Made by a program: the position numbers and the translations under genes. A stretch of DNA of 63,878 bases, filler included, from Octopus bimaculoides (Eukaryota), in NCBI RefSeq assembly GCF_001194135.2. It is 6 parts of 5 records of this genome, joined end to end, with 100 filler letters (N's around TTAATTAATTAA, not from the genome) between each part and the next. Parts side by side here need not be neighbours in the genome. Positions count along the whole stretch, not along the records: positions 1 to 13,073 come from NC_068988.1; positions 13,174 to 25,894 come from NC_068988.1; 4 more parts are not named here. One strand, given 5' to 3'. Below, in pieces: positions 12,950 to 23,052 of this stretch (positions are counted from its first letter, which is position 1; each line of letters starts with the position of its first letter). The notes beneath the pieces were generated by a model. The model worked only from the letters and a program-made list of their open reading frames with translations. It searched no databases and was not told the DNA's origin.

Positions 12950-13063
12950 GACCTGACGATTAGCTATATTTTTGAATAGAATTTATTTTCGATAATTTTA
13001 ATTGATTTTAATCGATTTAAATTTCCTTTCTATTTGAAAATTAGTTATGAAACACGTGTAGTC
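12950..13063 (+). ncRNA. Type I hammerhead ribozyme with very long stem II
   Basis: GAC-CUGACGA-[89 nt AU-rich hairpin]-GAAA-CACGUG-UA-GUC. Stem I is 3 bp, stem III is the palindrome ACACGUGU, and the predicted cleavage triplet is GUA (after 13060). Confidence 0.8.
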
Positions 13064-13073
13064 ATTTTATTAT

Positions 13074-13173
13074 NNNNNNNNNNNNNNNNNNNNNNNNNNN
13101 NNNNNNNNNNNNNNNNNTTAATTAATTAANNNNNNNNNNNNNNNNNNNNNNNNNNNNNNNNNNNNNNNNNNNN
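13074..13173. other. Assembly spacer N44-TTAATTAATTAA-N44 (also at about 25895, 39336, 55398, 62311)
   Basis: The same 12-mer is centred in N runs at 13118, 25939, 39380, 55442 and 62355; it contains stops in all six frames. Confidence 0.95.
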
Positions 13174-13239
13174 GCAGTGGGACTGAACCCGGGACCATGT
13201 GGTTGGTAAGCAAGCTACTTACAACACAGCCACTCCTAC

Positions 13240-13275
<36 letters not shown>

Positions 13276-14014
13276 TTCAATATTAACAGTTTTGTATTAG
13301 AAAACTAATAGAATTTATACAGGGCTGTAATAAGAAGTGCTCAAACTAATTGAGACAAAAGTACAAAATTAATTGTAGAATAAAACCATTAGGTCATCGA
13401 CTCAAAAACCCACAACCCACCAATGACGACATGTAGGAGGTACAGCATAAACCACAGAACCAAAGTAGCAAAGGGAAGTAAAAATTTTATACATAAGAAT
13501 AAAATCGATTAAAAAATATAATAGAATAACGTAAATAAATAAACTGCGATTAAAAGGTGATTAAAAATATTATAGAACGGTACAGATATAGTGGAATAAA
13601 AAAATATATATGGAAAAAACAATATAGAAAAAACAATAAAATAAAATAAATACATAGGGAAACGTAGTAAAATAGTTCATTCGTTGAGATTAATGGCTAA
13701 TAAAAGAAATTTAAATTGTATGAAAGTTCATTACTTCCCTCAGGACAGCAAATTTAGCAGGTAAAATCCAATTTCGTAATTCATACACAGGAATACCGAA
13801 GTACACGGGACGACATAATATATAACACAACATCCAATGTGTAACAAGGTAAAATCCATATTTCACCATCAACGTTATTTAAGTCCGAAAAAAATCAAGG
13901 CACACAAGTCGATACATTAAACCAACATCCAGCAGGTAAACATCGGTAAAATCAATCCATAATTTAACATCATTTACAAAGGATTACAAATATAGGTCGG
14001 AATACAAACAAAAC

Positions 14015-14084
14015 ACCTATGGCCATTTCGGGGGTACATCACCATATTTAGAGCACAAACTAGTGATGAGCCCCTCTTCAGGGT
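14015..14084 (-). ncRNA. Canonical minimal type I hammerhead ribozyme (PLE-3 3' pseudo-LTR)
   Basis: ACC-CUGAAGA-GGGGCUCAUCAC...GUGAUGUACCCCC-GAAA-UGGCCA-UA-GGU. All core nucleotides are canonical and stem III is the palindrome AUGGCCAU. Confidence 0.88.
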
Positions 14085-14440
14085 AATGAACACACTCAAA
14101 CATCAACGAAGACACCAGTAGAAAGAAATTATATTATGAGAGCAAGCTTATATAGATAATATGGACTAGACCTTAAAAAAAAAAAAAAATTTAATTTTTA
14201 AATACCCTTTAGAATAGTCAAGCAGGTTTAGTAACTAATTAAAACTACCAGGTTTCAAATCCAACGTAAGCTATGATAATAAATAAATATTAACTATTGT
14301 ATCCATATTTTTATTATTATTTTTATATCTATATTTTTGTCTTTTTATTTTTATTTTTATTTCTATCATTACTATTATTATCACCATTACTACCATTATT
14401 ACCACTACTAATACTATTATTTTTGTTCTTATTTTTATTT

Positions 14441-14812
14441 TTATATAGTTTTTAGAAAGGTGGAGGAAAATTTAAGATTGCAAAAAGGGATTACCTCAAT
14501 AAACTTATTCAAGGTTTTCGGCCCAAAAGACCTAAGAATGGAAAGAGATTCCCTAATACATAATAAACACTTGCTAATAATAGCGTTAAATTGAGGGGTT
14601 CTAGATAAGATTGGCCATTCAAGAGAGTACTTCTTATTCCTCCTCTTGAGGTCATGCAGGTAAGAGACGTGTGTTGTGGAATTATAATACTTCTCATTTG
14701 AGAAAGAACTCATGTGCGCTCTATACCTGGCTTTAAAATTCACTGATCTTCCAATATAAAACTTATTTTGTTTGTCCTCGTCTCTGACTATGCATTTATA
14801 CACGACGTTAAT
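14441..14812 (-). mobile_element. PLE-3: stop-free GIY-YIG endonuclease domain (3' end of a Penelope-like element)
   Basis: INVVYKCIV...KFYIGRSVNFKARYRAHMSSF...LEWPIL...KCLLCIRES...LNK. The tool's start is a GTG (Val of VVY), not ATG. The element is 5'-truncated at an (AT)n tract. Confidence 0.9.
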
Positions 14813-14898
14813 TTATATATATATATATATATATATAAATATATAAAAACAAAAAGATAAAGAGAGCAAAGGTAAGGTTGAAGAATTTTATGGATAGA

Positions 14899-14947
14899 GT
14901 CTTACAGCTGTTTCTGGGAAGATCCAGTACTTCCCTTCATCGGAGAC
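14899..14947 (-). ncRNA. Hammerhead variant (U4C), left arm of an inverted pair
   Basis: GUCU-CCGAUGA-A GGGAAG UACUGGAU CUUCCC A-GAAA-CAGCUG-UA-AGAC; 4-bp stem I, 6-bp stem II, palindromic stem III. Confidence 0.7.
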
Positions 14948-15368
14948 AGAAAAAATANNNNNNNNNNNNNNNNNNNNNNNNNNNNNNNNNNNNNNNNNNN
15001 NNNNNNNNNNNNNNNNNNNNNNNNNNNNNNNNNNNNNNNNNNNNNNNNNNNNNNNNNNNNNNNNNNNNNNNNNNNNNNNNNNNNNNNNNNNNNNNNNNNN
15101 NNNNNNNNNNNNNNNNNNNNNNNNNNNNNNNNNNNNNNNNNNNNNNNNNNNNNNNNNNNNNNNNNNNNNNNNNNNNNNNNNNNNNNNNNNNNNNNNNNNN
15201 NNNNNNNNNNNNNNNNNNNNNNNNNNNNNNNNNNNNNNNNNNNNNNNNNNNNNNNNNNNNNNNNNNNNNNNNNNNNNNNNNNNNNNNNNNNNNNNNNNNN
15301 NNNNNNNNNNNNNNNNNNNNNNNNNNNNNNNNNNNNNNNNNNNNNNNNTAGATTACTTTATTTCTTCT

Positions 15369-15417
15369 GTCTCCGATGAAGGGAAGTACTGGATCTTCCC
15401 AGAAACAGCTGTAAGAC
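15369..15417 (+). ncRNA. Hammerhead variant (U4C), right arm of an inverted pair
   Basis: Identical 49-nt motif on the plus strand. The roughly 120-bp arms (about 14837-14957 and 15352-15481) differ at about 2 positions. Confidence 0.7.
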
Positions 15418-15617
15418 TCTATCCATAAAATTCTTCAACCTTACCTTTGCTCTCTTTATCTGTTTGTTTTTATATATTTACATATACACACACTAATACA
15501 CGACTTATAATACCCAATCCTGTTCATACAACGACTGGGGCAAACTAATCGGTATACAACACTTACTCGGTATTACCTGTATCCTCCTGGGTTTGGTTAA
15601 ATCCAATACCCTCCTCA

Positions 15618-15654
<37 letters not shown>

Positions 15655-17240
15655 TGAGGGTAATAAATTGAATATTAATTTAATTAACATCAATTTAAAA
15701 CCAGTGGCCTAGCATATAAAAAAATCTGATAATTCAGAAATATATATACACACACTCACACTCTCTCTCACTGTTTTTCTTTCTATATATATAAAGAGAG
15801 GGAGTTATATAAATTTATATTATAAAACTTTATATATACATTTATATTATAAAAAGAATCAAACAGTATTAATACCTGATAACCAGACTAGATATTGTAA
15901 AAACTTTATATGTAAACAAAACAAAAATTTATATATGTGAATTCTATGCAACTTTTCCTTATAATCCCTTAAATTCAAATTCATTTTTGTAATCACTCCT
16001 TATATTATGAAGAAATGATTGTCCTCCTTGTAATAGTTGCCACCTCTAGAGAAGCCATATGGATTTGAAAAGTTATAGCTATTATTTCCTGAGAATCCAT
16101 TTTAAATGGTTAATGATGGGGAAAACACATGTTTGTGAAGTGATATTTATTCCACTACATACATCATAAATTGACAATCAGATATATCAGCTTGAAACAC
16201 TTATCTATACCTCAAAACAAATATATGAGAAAAAGACATGTTGAGTTGTTTGCAGCTGAAATTAAAATTATTGGCTACTATCAGATCTTTTCACAAGGTA
16301 GATTTCTTCTGAAAACAGTTATTATTCTTATGCAAACACAATTGCTAAATTACTAAGATTCTATGAAAACAGAAACAAATACTACATGAATATCCTCCAG
16401 GTTGTAATTAATTCTATATTTAATAAAATGTTTAGCTTCTTAAAATGATATTTAATTAATAGGTCATAAGTTATACCTCACAGATGATTTTCATAAAAAT
16501 GAAATAGCACTTTATATGATGACTACTGACTAGAAATTTTAAGAACTTCGTGATAAGTAGTCAAATATTTTTTCTGCTTCTCTTTCATCCCTTTTACTCT
16601 TCTTCCTGTTTTACCCCTTGAATGAATAGGTTTACTAGGAACACCCTGCTTTTGAAAGAGGATGGGAGGACTTGACAATATAGTAAAATTGATTAGCATA
16701 TTTTTCTTCGATATTCTGAGAAATCAATTCCCGTGTGTACTGCAAAGGAACTTTTACACTATGCATAAAAAAATCAAAAAAAATCAAATGCTGCTGAAAT
16801 GCTAATGAACATGACACAAGGTTGATTGAAATGATTTAAATATGAATTGGTGAAACAACTGCAAACAATGCATTAAAAATAATATTGCTTACTCCATTCT
16901 TTGATATTTTTATTATATGTGTGTGTTTTTGAGTACATGTGCCTGTGTGTATGTATGCATGCATATGTGCATGTTTATATTGCATACATGTAAGCAGACA
17001 CATCTCTCTCTCTCTTTCTCTCTCTCTATCATTGAAAAAAAATTTTTTTTTTGTTAAAGGTATTCTTTTCAACTGTCTACAAGCACAGCTAGGCTGAAAT
17101 AATTAATGCATTCTTCCAGGAGTGAATAAAAATTCTCAAACTTGATGGGTGAGCCCCTTATTTACTTACCTGGGCCCCCATATATGGATTCTAATGGCAC
17201 AGGGGCCCACTTGCCATCGGGCAAGCTGGCCAGTCCACCA

Positions 17241-17286
<46 letters not shown>

Positions 17287-17803
17287 CTATATCCTCGTGT
17301 GTTGTTCATGTTCAGATTGACTATATATATATATATAGAAATATACTACATATACATACAAATATATATTGTTATATTTGTGGATAGTCATTTTTACCAA
17401 TTAAACACAAGTGCTATATATTTGTAGCTTTACTATTATTGTTATTATTATCATTATTATTATTATTATTATTAGTTTAGTTGTCAGAGTTCTTTCATCA
17501 CACATTTTATGACCTCTTCAACCTTCTTGGCCTATCTATTCCATTTTATCTTGTGGTATGTATCCCTGTTTGTGCGTGCATTTACATCTGTATCTGTGTA
17601 TGTATATATGTCTATGAGTTTGGTATATATATGTATGTCTTGCATGAGTGTATATGGGTTTGTACATTATAATGTTTGTACCTGTCTTTTATTTTACTTC
17701 ACTTTTACTCACTGTCTTTAGTATGTGTGTGTCTTATGTGTGTGTCTTGTGTGTGTGTACATGGGTTAGTATATTTCAGTTTGTACCCATGTCTTTTATT
17801 TAT

Positions 17804-18660
17804 TTATTTTTCTCTCATTCTGTCTTTAGTCATCTTGTTGCATAGTGTGGCAGTGTAGGGTATGTTATTACTCCATTCCTGTTTTCTGTTGAAGCTCAGT
17901 TTATTTTTTGTTGTGTGTATGACCTCTGTAATCTGTTTGAGTGTTGTGTCTGTTCTATATGCCAATAAGATTGTAACATTTATGTTATCAACTGAGCCTC
18001 CATATCCTAATTGAGCATGTTGGTAGAGCACTGATGAGCTTTTCTCCTCCTTCAGCTCCTACCAGTGTTCATTTGTTTACTCAGCAATGCTACATGCTGC
18101 CTCTGAATGTATGTTGTTCTGTTTCTGCACAGGCCGTCTGTACACCTTATACTATAGACTACATTTCTAGTTTTACAGTTTATCTGTTGACTTACACTGC
18201 ACACCATAGAGTTCTTATCCATACAGGGAGTTCTTTTAAACGTGTAAGTTCAACAAATCAGAGATTTTATGGGTTTTCCTAGTCTTTCTATTACTTTATT
18301 CCATAAATTCATCTAATCTAAGGTTTACCTAAAATGATACACTAGCTCATATCCAGGAATAGCATCGACACACATGACACTGGTATTTTTGGTTGTCATA
18401 CCATGAGTTGACCTTACCTAGCTTAATTTTTGTTCTTTCTAAGGTATTCTAAAATTTACTCATGTATTGTGGACAGATCCCATTCTCTATGATGGTCTTG
18501 AATTTTACTATGGCTCCTTTATACACCTTAAGCTTGTCTCTTTGGCTGTACCCAGAAAACTACATGCAGTGGATGAAGTGGTGTATGTGTCTCTCTAATT
18601 CTGTTGGGTTGCACGTGTGGGAGACATTTCTTATCAACTTCATCAAGTCTGCAATCAGGA
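17804..18660 (-). mobile_element. PLE-4: decayed Penelope-like 3' fragment of a further lineage (RT thumb + Cys + GIY-YIG)
   Basis: LIADLMKLIRNVS...M*FSGYSQ...VIERLGKPIK; INCKTRNVVYSIRC...C...TYI; EH...SVLYQHA...TLKQITEVIH...FNRKQEW. Confidence 0.8.
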
Positions 18661-19123
18661 TACACAAGTGTGTGTGTGTGTGCATATATAGATTTATAGG
18701 TAGATTGTTTTATAAAGTTATCTTAACATTGTTGAACTGTTCTCTCCATCAGAATATCATTATTTGGTAATTTAATTTCTCTTCACTTGTGTTATGGTCA
18801 TTGGACATTGGCTTTTAAATTCACCACTTCTTTTAATTCTCTTAAATTTTGTTGCCATTCCGGTCATGAGTTAACTAGAAACTACAAGCATCAATGATTT
18901 TTGTTCAGTGAATATCAGTCTGAACCATTTATTCTGAAGTAAATTTTGCTGTTAGTTATCTAAGTAGAGTTACATTTATTTACTATATAAATGTTACATC
19001 TAAATGGCTGAAATGTCGATGTTGAAATATATATCAAAAACAGAAAATTTTAACATTGAAGAAATAATGATGTATCCTGATGAAAACCCTTTTACAAAAT
19101 TCTATAACAATGGGAATTTTCAG

Positions 19124-19169
19124 ATATAACACTATCTTCAAGGATTATTATTTACTGGCTGTAGTTTCA
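19124..19169 (+). CDS. Candidate small exon (YNTIFKDYYLLAVVS)
   Basis: TTTTCAG acceptor and TCA|GTAAGT donor; only one frame is open; no homology recognised. Confidence 0.25.
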
Positions 19170-20482
19170 GTAAGTTATATTGTTGTGGGTAGTAATGTCT
19201 TCAAGTTTAACACTACCACCTGTCTCTTTTGTGTAACTCTGATGTAAGCCTTCAGACCAGGTCTTTTGTCTGGAATAACTTTCTCCTTTCCTCATTCCAA
19301 TATCACATGTGTTGTAAAGAGTTATTGGTCTTAAACAGACTATAGATTTATCGATTTCATATACCCATAAATTGCATCATATACCCATAAATTTCTTAGG
19401 ATAAAAGAGAACATATATTTAAATCTATTCCACTATTTAACTGGTATTTCTTTTACTCACCCCCAGGATTACAGATGAAGTTAACATCAGTAGGATTTTT
19501 TTGGCAGAATCTAAAGGTGTTTTGCTTACTGAAGATAAATTTTGAGGTTATAGATGTTATGGGTGATCAGGCTCTTAGATAAAAAAAAATACCTAGAGGG
19601 AATTGTTATGTTTATGTCTGTTACAAGAGTTTTATCAGAGTAATTCAATAGAGTACTAAATAGCAATATAATCGAGATCTTGTACATTTCCACCTTGAGT
19701 TATGATCTAACCAGAAACGAGAATGAAAATGTCAGCATTCAAACAACTAAGTACACAGGATAACAATCATGTGTCTGATTTAATCAAAATTGAGAGTACT
19801 CCACGAATTTAGAGGCCTGTTTCAGCATTAAGAAATAGCTACTGAATAAGTATCAGATATAAAGCAAAAACAGAAACACAATTTTTTAAAATACTCCAGA
19901 AGTCCATTCTTAGAAAATGTGTTTCTCTTTTTTCTTTCTTTTTCCCTTGATGAAGGACAACTGCCTGAAACATTGACACTCCTTCCTGATTCTTCATTGC
20001 AGTGTTAGTCTAATATAAAGATTCTAAGATGAAAATTCTAAGCTGAAAATATAGGACAATTATTTACTGCCAAAAATAAGACAAAATGCATGAGATGTGT
20101 CAGTTCTCTTAAATTTGTTATGTTAACTTTATGATACTATAATAAAATATCATTTATTAACTGCTCTTTAACTCATCTATAGTAAGCATTATATAACCAT
20201 TCTTTTCTCTTCAAAAGTGTATTATCATGCATGCCACATCATACATGCTATTAAGATTAAATCATATCTACATGTTTGATACAAAAACATACTTTTAACC
20301 TAAGGGTAAACCATGTGATAATTACATTATTTTTTTCACTCAGTTTCTTTGCATAAATATTTTGAGGCTAATAACATTAAAATTTTCTTGCAAATTTGAA
20401 CAATAAGAACATCAATGCTGATGGTAGTTTCAGTGGTTGAGGTGGTGGCAGCAGCAGCAGCAGTACCTTCTTCTTCTTCTTC

Positions 20483-20515
<33 letters not shown>

Positions 20516-21399
20516 TCAGTACCACAATGTTGACACAACCACCACCACCACCGCTATCAACATTATCATTACCCCAAGCATCAACATCACCATTGCCACC
20601 ATCACCACCACCAACCCCGTCACTCAATATCATCACTGCTATCAAGGTCCTTTTCATTATCATCACATTACTGAAAAACCAGGCATTTTTGACATATGCT
20701 TTCTTCTCCTGTGAACTCTGCAGGAAGGCCCACTTCCTCAAATCAGAAACGAGGTTCCTTATGAAAATTGAGCTTCCATCAATCTGAGGCTACACAAACA
20801 CAAGCCCATATGAATGCGTGTGTGTGTGTGTGCATGCATGTATGTGTGTAATGAATTTTACAGAAGCACTAATGTTTCAGATCTAAGATTTTCTTCAGAA
20901 ACTGTTTCTGAAGAAAATGTTCAATTTTAGATTGGTGCTTCTGTAGGGCTCATAGAAGAATTTCTTTTTAAATAATAATAATTACCTCCTACTCCATGTA
21001 CTGAGTCCTTTTATGTCAGATAGGTCAGTTTCCTCAGTGAATGATTATAACGAATTAAAAGTTTGTGTGTGAGGGTGGGGGGAGTGAGGGTATGTGTTAT
21101 TTCTTTACTACCCACAAGGGGCTACACACAGAGGGGACAAACAAGGACAGACACACGGATTAAGTCGATTATACCGACACCAGTGCATAACTGGTACTTA
21201 TTTGATCGACCCCGAAAGGATGAAAGGCAAAGTCGACCTCGGCAGACGAAATACCGCTAAGCATTTTGCCCGGCGTGCTAACGTTTCTGCCAGTTCGCCG
21301 CCTTCTTCGAGTGAGGGTATGTGTGTGATTGAGTGTGTATTCATGTTAATTTTACTTAGAAAATTCTTTTACCAAAAATGCATGAATTTCATCATCATC

Positions 21400-21890
21400 A
21401 TCGTTTAACGTCCGCTTTCCACGCTAGCATGGGTTGGACGATTTGACTGAGGACTGGTGAACCAGATGGCTACACCAGGTTCCAATCTGATCTGGCAGAG
21501 TTTCTACAGCTGGATGCCCTTCTTAACGCCAACTACTCCGAGAGTGTAGTGGGTGCTTTTACGAAGGCCAGTCAGGCGGTACTGGCAACGGCTCTGCTGA
21601 AAATGGCAATGATCTCACTCGAATGTCTTTACACATGCCAGGAAGGCGATGCTGGGCACAGGTGCCGTCACAATTTCACTTTTGCTTGCCCCAACAGGTC
21701 TTCACAAGCCGAGTTTTGTGTCCTGCATAGTAGCCAGTCCAGCAGCACTGGCAATGATCTCACTCGAATGTCTTTACACATGCCACCGGCACAAGCGCCA
21801 GGAAGGCGACACTGGGCACAGGTGCCATCACAAGCTGAGTTTTGTATCCAATAGAGGAGACGATGTTGGCATGGGTGCCAGTTGTCAAAT
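21400..21890 (+). mobile_element. Non-autonomous interspersed repeat with internal 145-bp-period duplication
   Basis: An identical 36-mer GGCAATGATCTCACTCGAATGTCTTTACACATGCCA lies at 21605 and 21750; the element begins in a (CAT)n run. Confidence 0.6.
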
Positions 21891-22638
21891 TTAGTTCGAT
21901 TTCAATTGTTGTTAAAAAAACAATAAGTATATCCTAATCTATAACCAAATAATTTGGTACTGACACTAGCATGCTCAAATAATACTTAACTAAATAAACT
22001 CATAACAATTGTTACCACTCAATAACTGCAACTAGAGAAACCAGAAAACTAACTTCCAACCCCACTAAAAAATTTTTAAATATATCATATGTAAGTACAA
22101 AATAATCCTCCTTGCAAGGTATACAGAGAGACTGAGAGAGAAGGGGGAAGACTGACTGACCGTCAGACAGACATAAAATCAAAGAGAGATAGGATTTCAA
22201 TACATTTTAAAACTCCCCACTCCCACAGTTTCAGCCATCAACATTGAAACAATGCTATACTTGGATACTGAAAGACAGGAATATAAGCTGCAAATTAAAT
22301 TGGTGCTAAATCATATACTGGTAACCAGAAACCATATAGTTTATGCATCACAGAAAGCTTAGAAATATTCTTTATAGAAGCTCCAAGCCTAAATAGAAAT
22401 ACTAAAAGAATAGACTCCTGCCTACACAAAATATAAAATCCATAAATATTTCAAGCTACATGTATAACCATGACATGCTATATATTTTAATCTTTGTGTG
22501 TGTGTGAGAGAGAAAGAGTGTGTTTGTGTGTGCATGTGTACGTGTGTGTATTTTTATGTGTGTGGTATTTGTAATAGCTGGTATTTCTACTTGCAGATGA
22601 AAGGCTATTGTTTTTCATTTTGTGTTTTTCTTTTCTAG

Positions 22639-23052
22639 AGATTTATGTACAATTTCCTTCTCATAGCCGACACTAAATTTCAGTAAGGGGTTGCCTAAGT
22701 CTGAATCAATACCAACATAATATAATTTAACATCGATTGAGAAACATAGAGAAACTTAAACCCAGTGATGGTATTTCAAATATAACTTATGATCCAAACA
22801 GCAGAAATTTAGAATAGTTTTTAAGAATTTTATTGAGGATTTTATGGTTTCAGTTTTTTTTCTGTTTTGTGTCTTTTTATAATTACTTATTTATTAATTT
22901 TTTTTTTTTTTTTGCAGTAAAGGAATTACATTTTTTCTATAAGATAAGAGTCAGTATTTCTAATTTCCTGCTGAATTCATTGAACAGGATCTACCACAAG
23001 AGAAAACGGAAAGATATTCTGTTGAAAGCATCATTAATCGTGAAACAGTTAT
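22639..23052 (+). CDS. Two candidate small exons (22639-22682, 22988-23052)
   Basis: Both have polypyrimidine-AG acceptors and GTAAG donors. They splice in frame as RFMYNFLLIADTKFQIYHKRKRKDILLKASLIVKQL; no homology recognised. Confidence 0.25.

Noticed and set aside
13118-13129. TTAATTAATTAA 12-mer repeated five times in the window
   Set aside because: It is always centred in N runs forming a 100-bp block, so it is a scaffolding placeholder. Adjacency across these joins is only inferred.
13800-14010. Plus-strand peptides faintly like GIY-YIG (HKS...NQHPAGKH)
   Set aside because: The motifs are inconsistent, and the region is better explained as the minus-strand pseudo-LTR of PLE-3.
16640-16683. 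Peptide EHPAFERGWEDLTI after a TAG
   Set aside because: The donor is weak, and joining to the next candidate exon creates a stop.
20415-20690. Poly-S/T/Q/L ORFs and the many YIYI, CVCV, HTHT, poly-I/N and X-filled ORFs elsewhere
   Set aside because: These are microsatellite and N-gap translation artefacts.
20690-20790. Minus peptide DGSSIFIRNLVSDLRKWA resembling RNP2 or a caspase segment
   Set aside because: The rest of either domain is absent and there are no convincing flanking splice sites.
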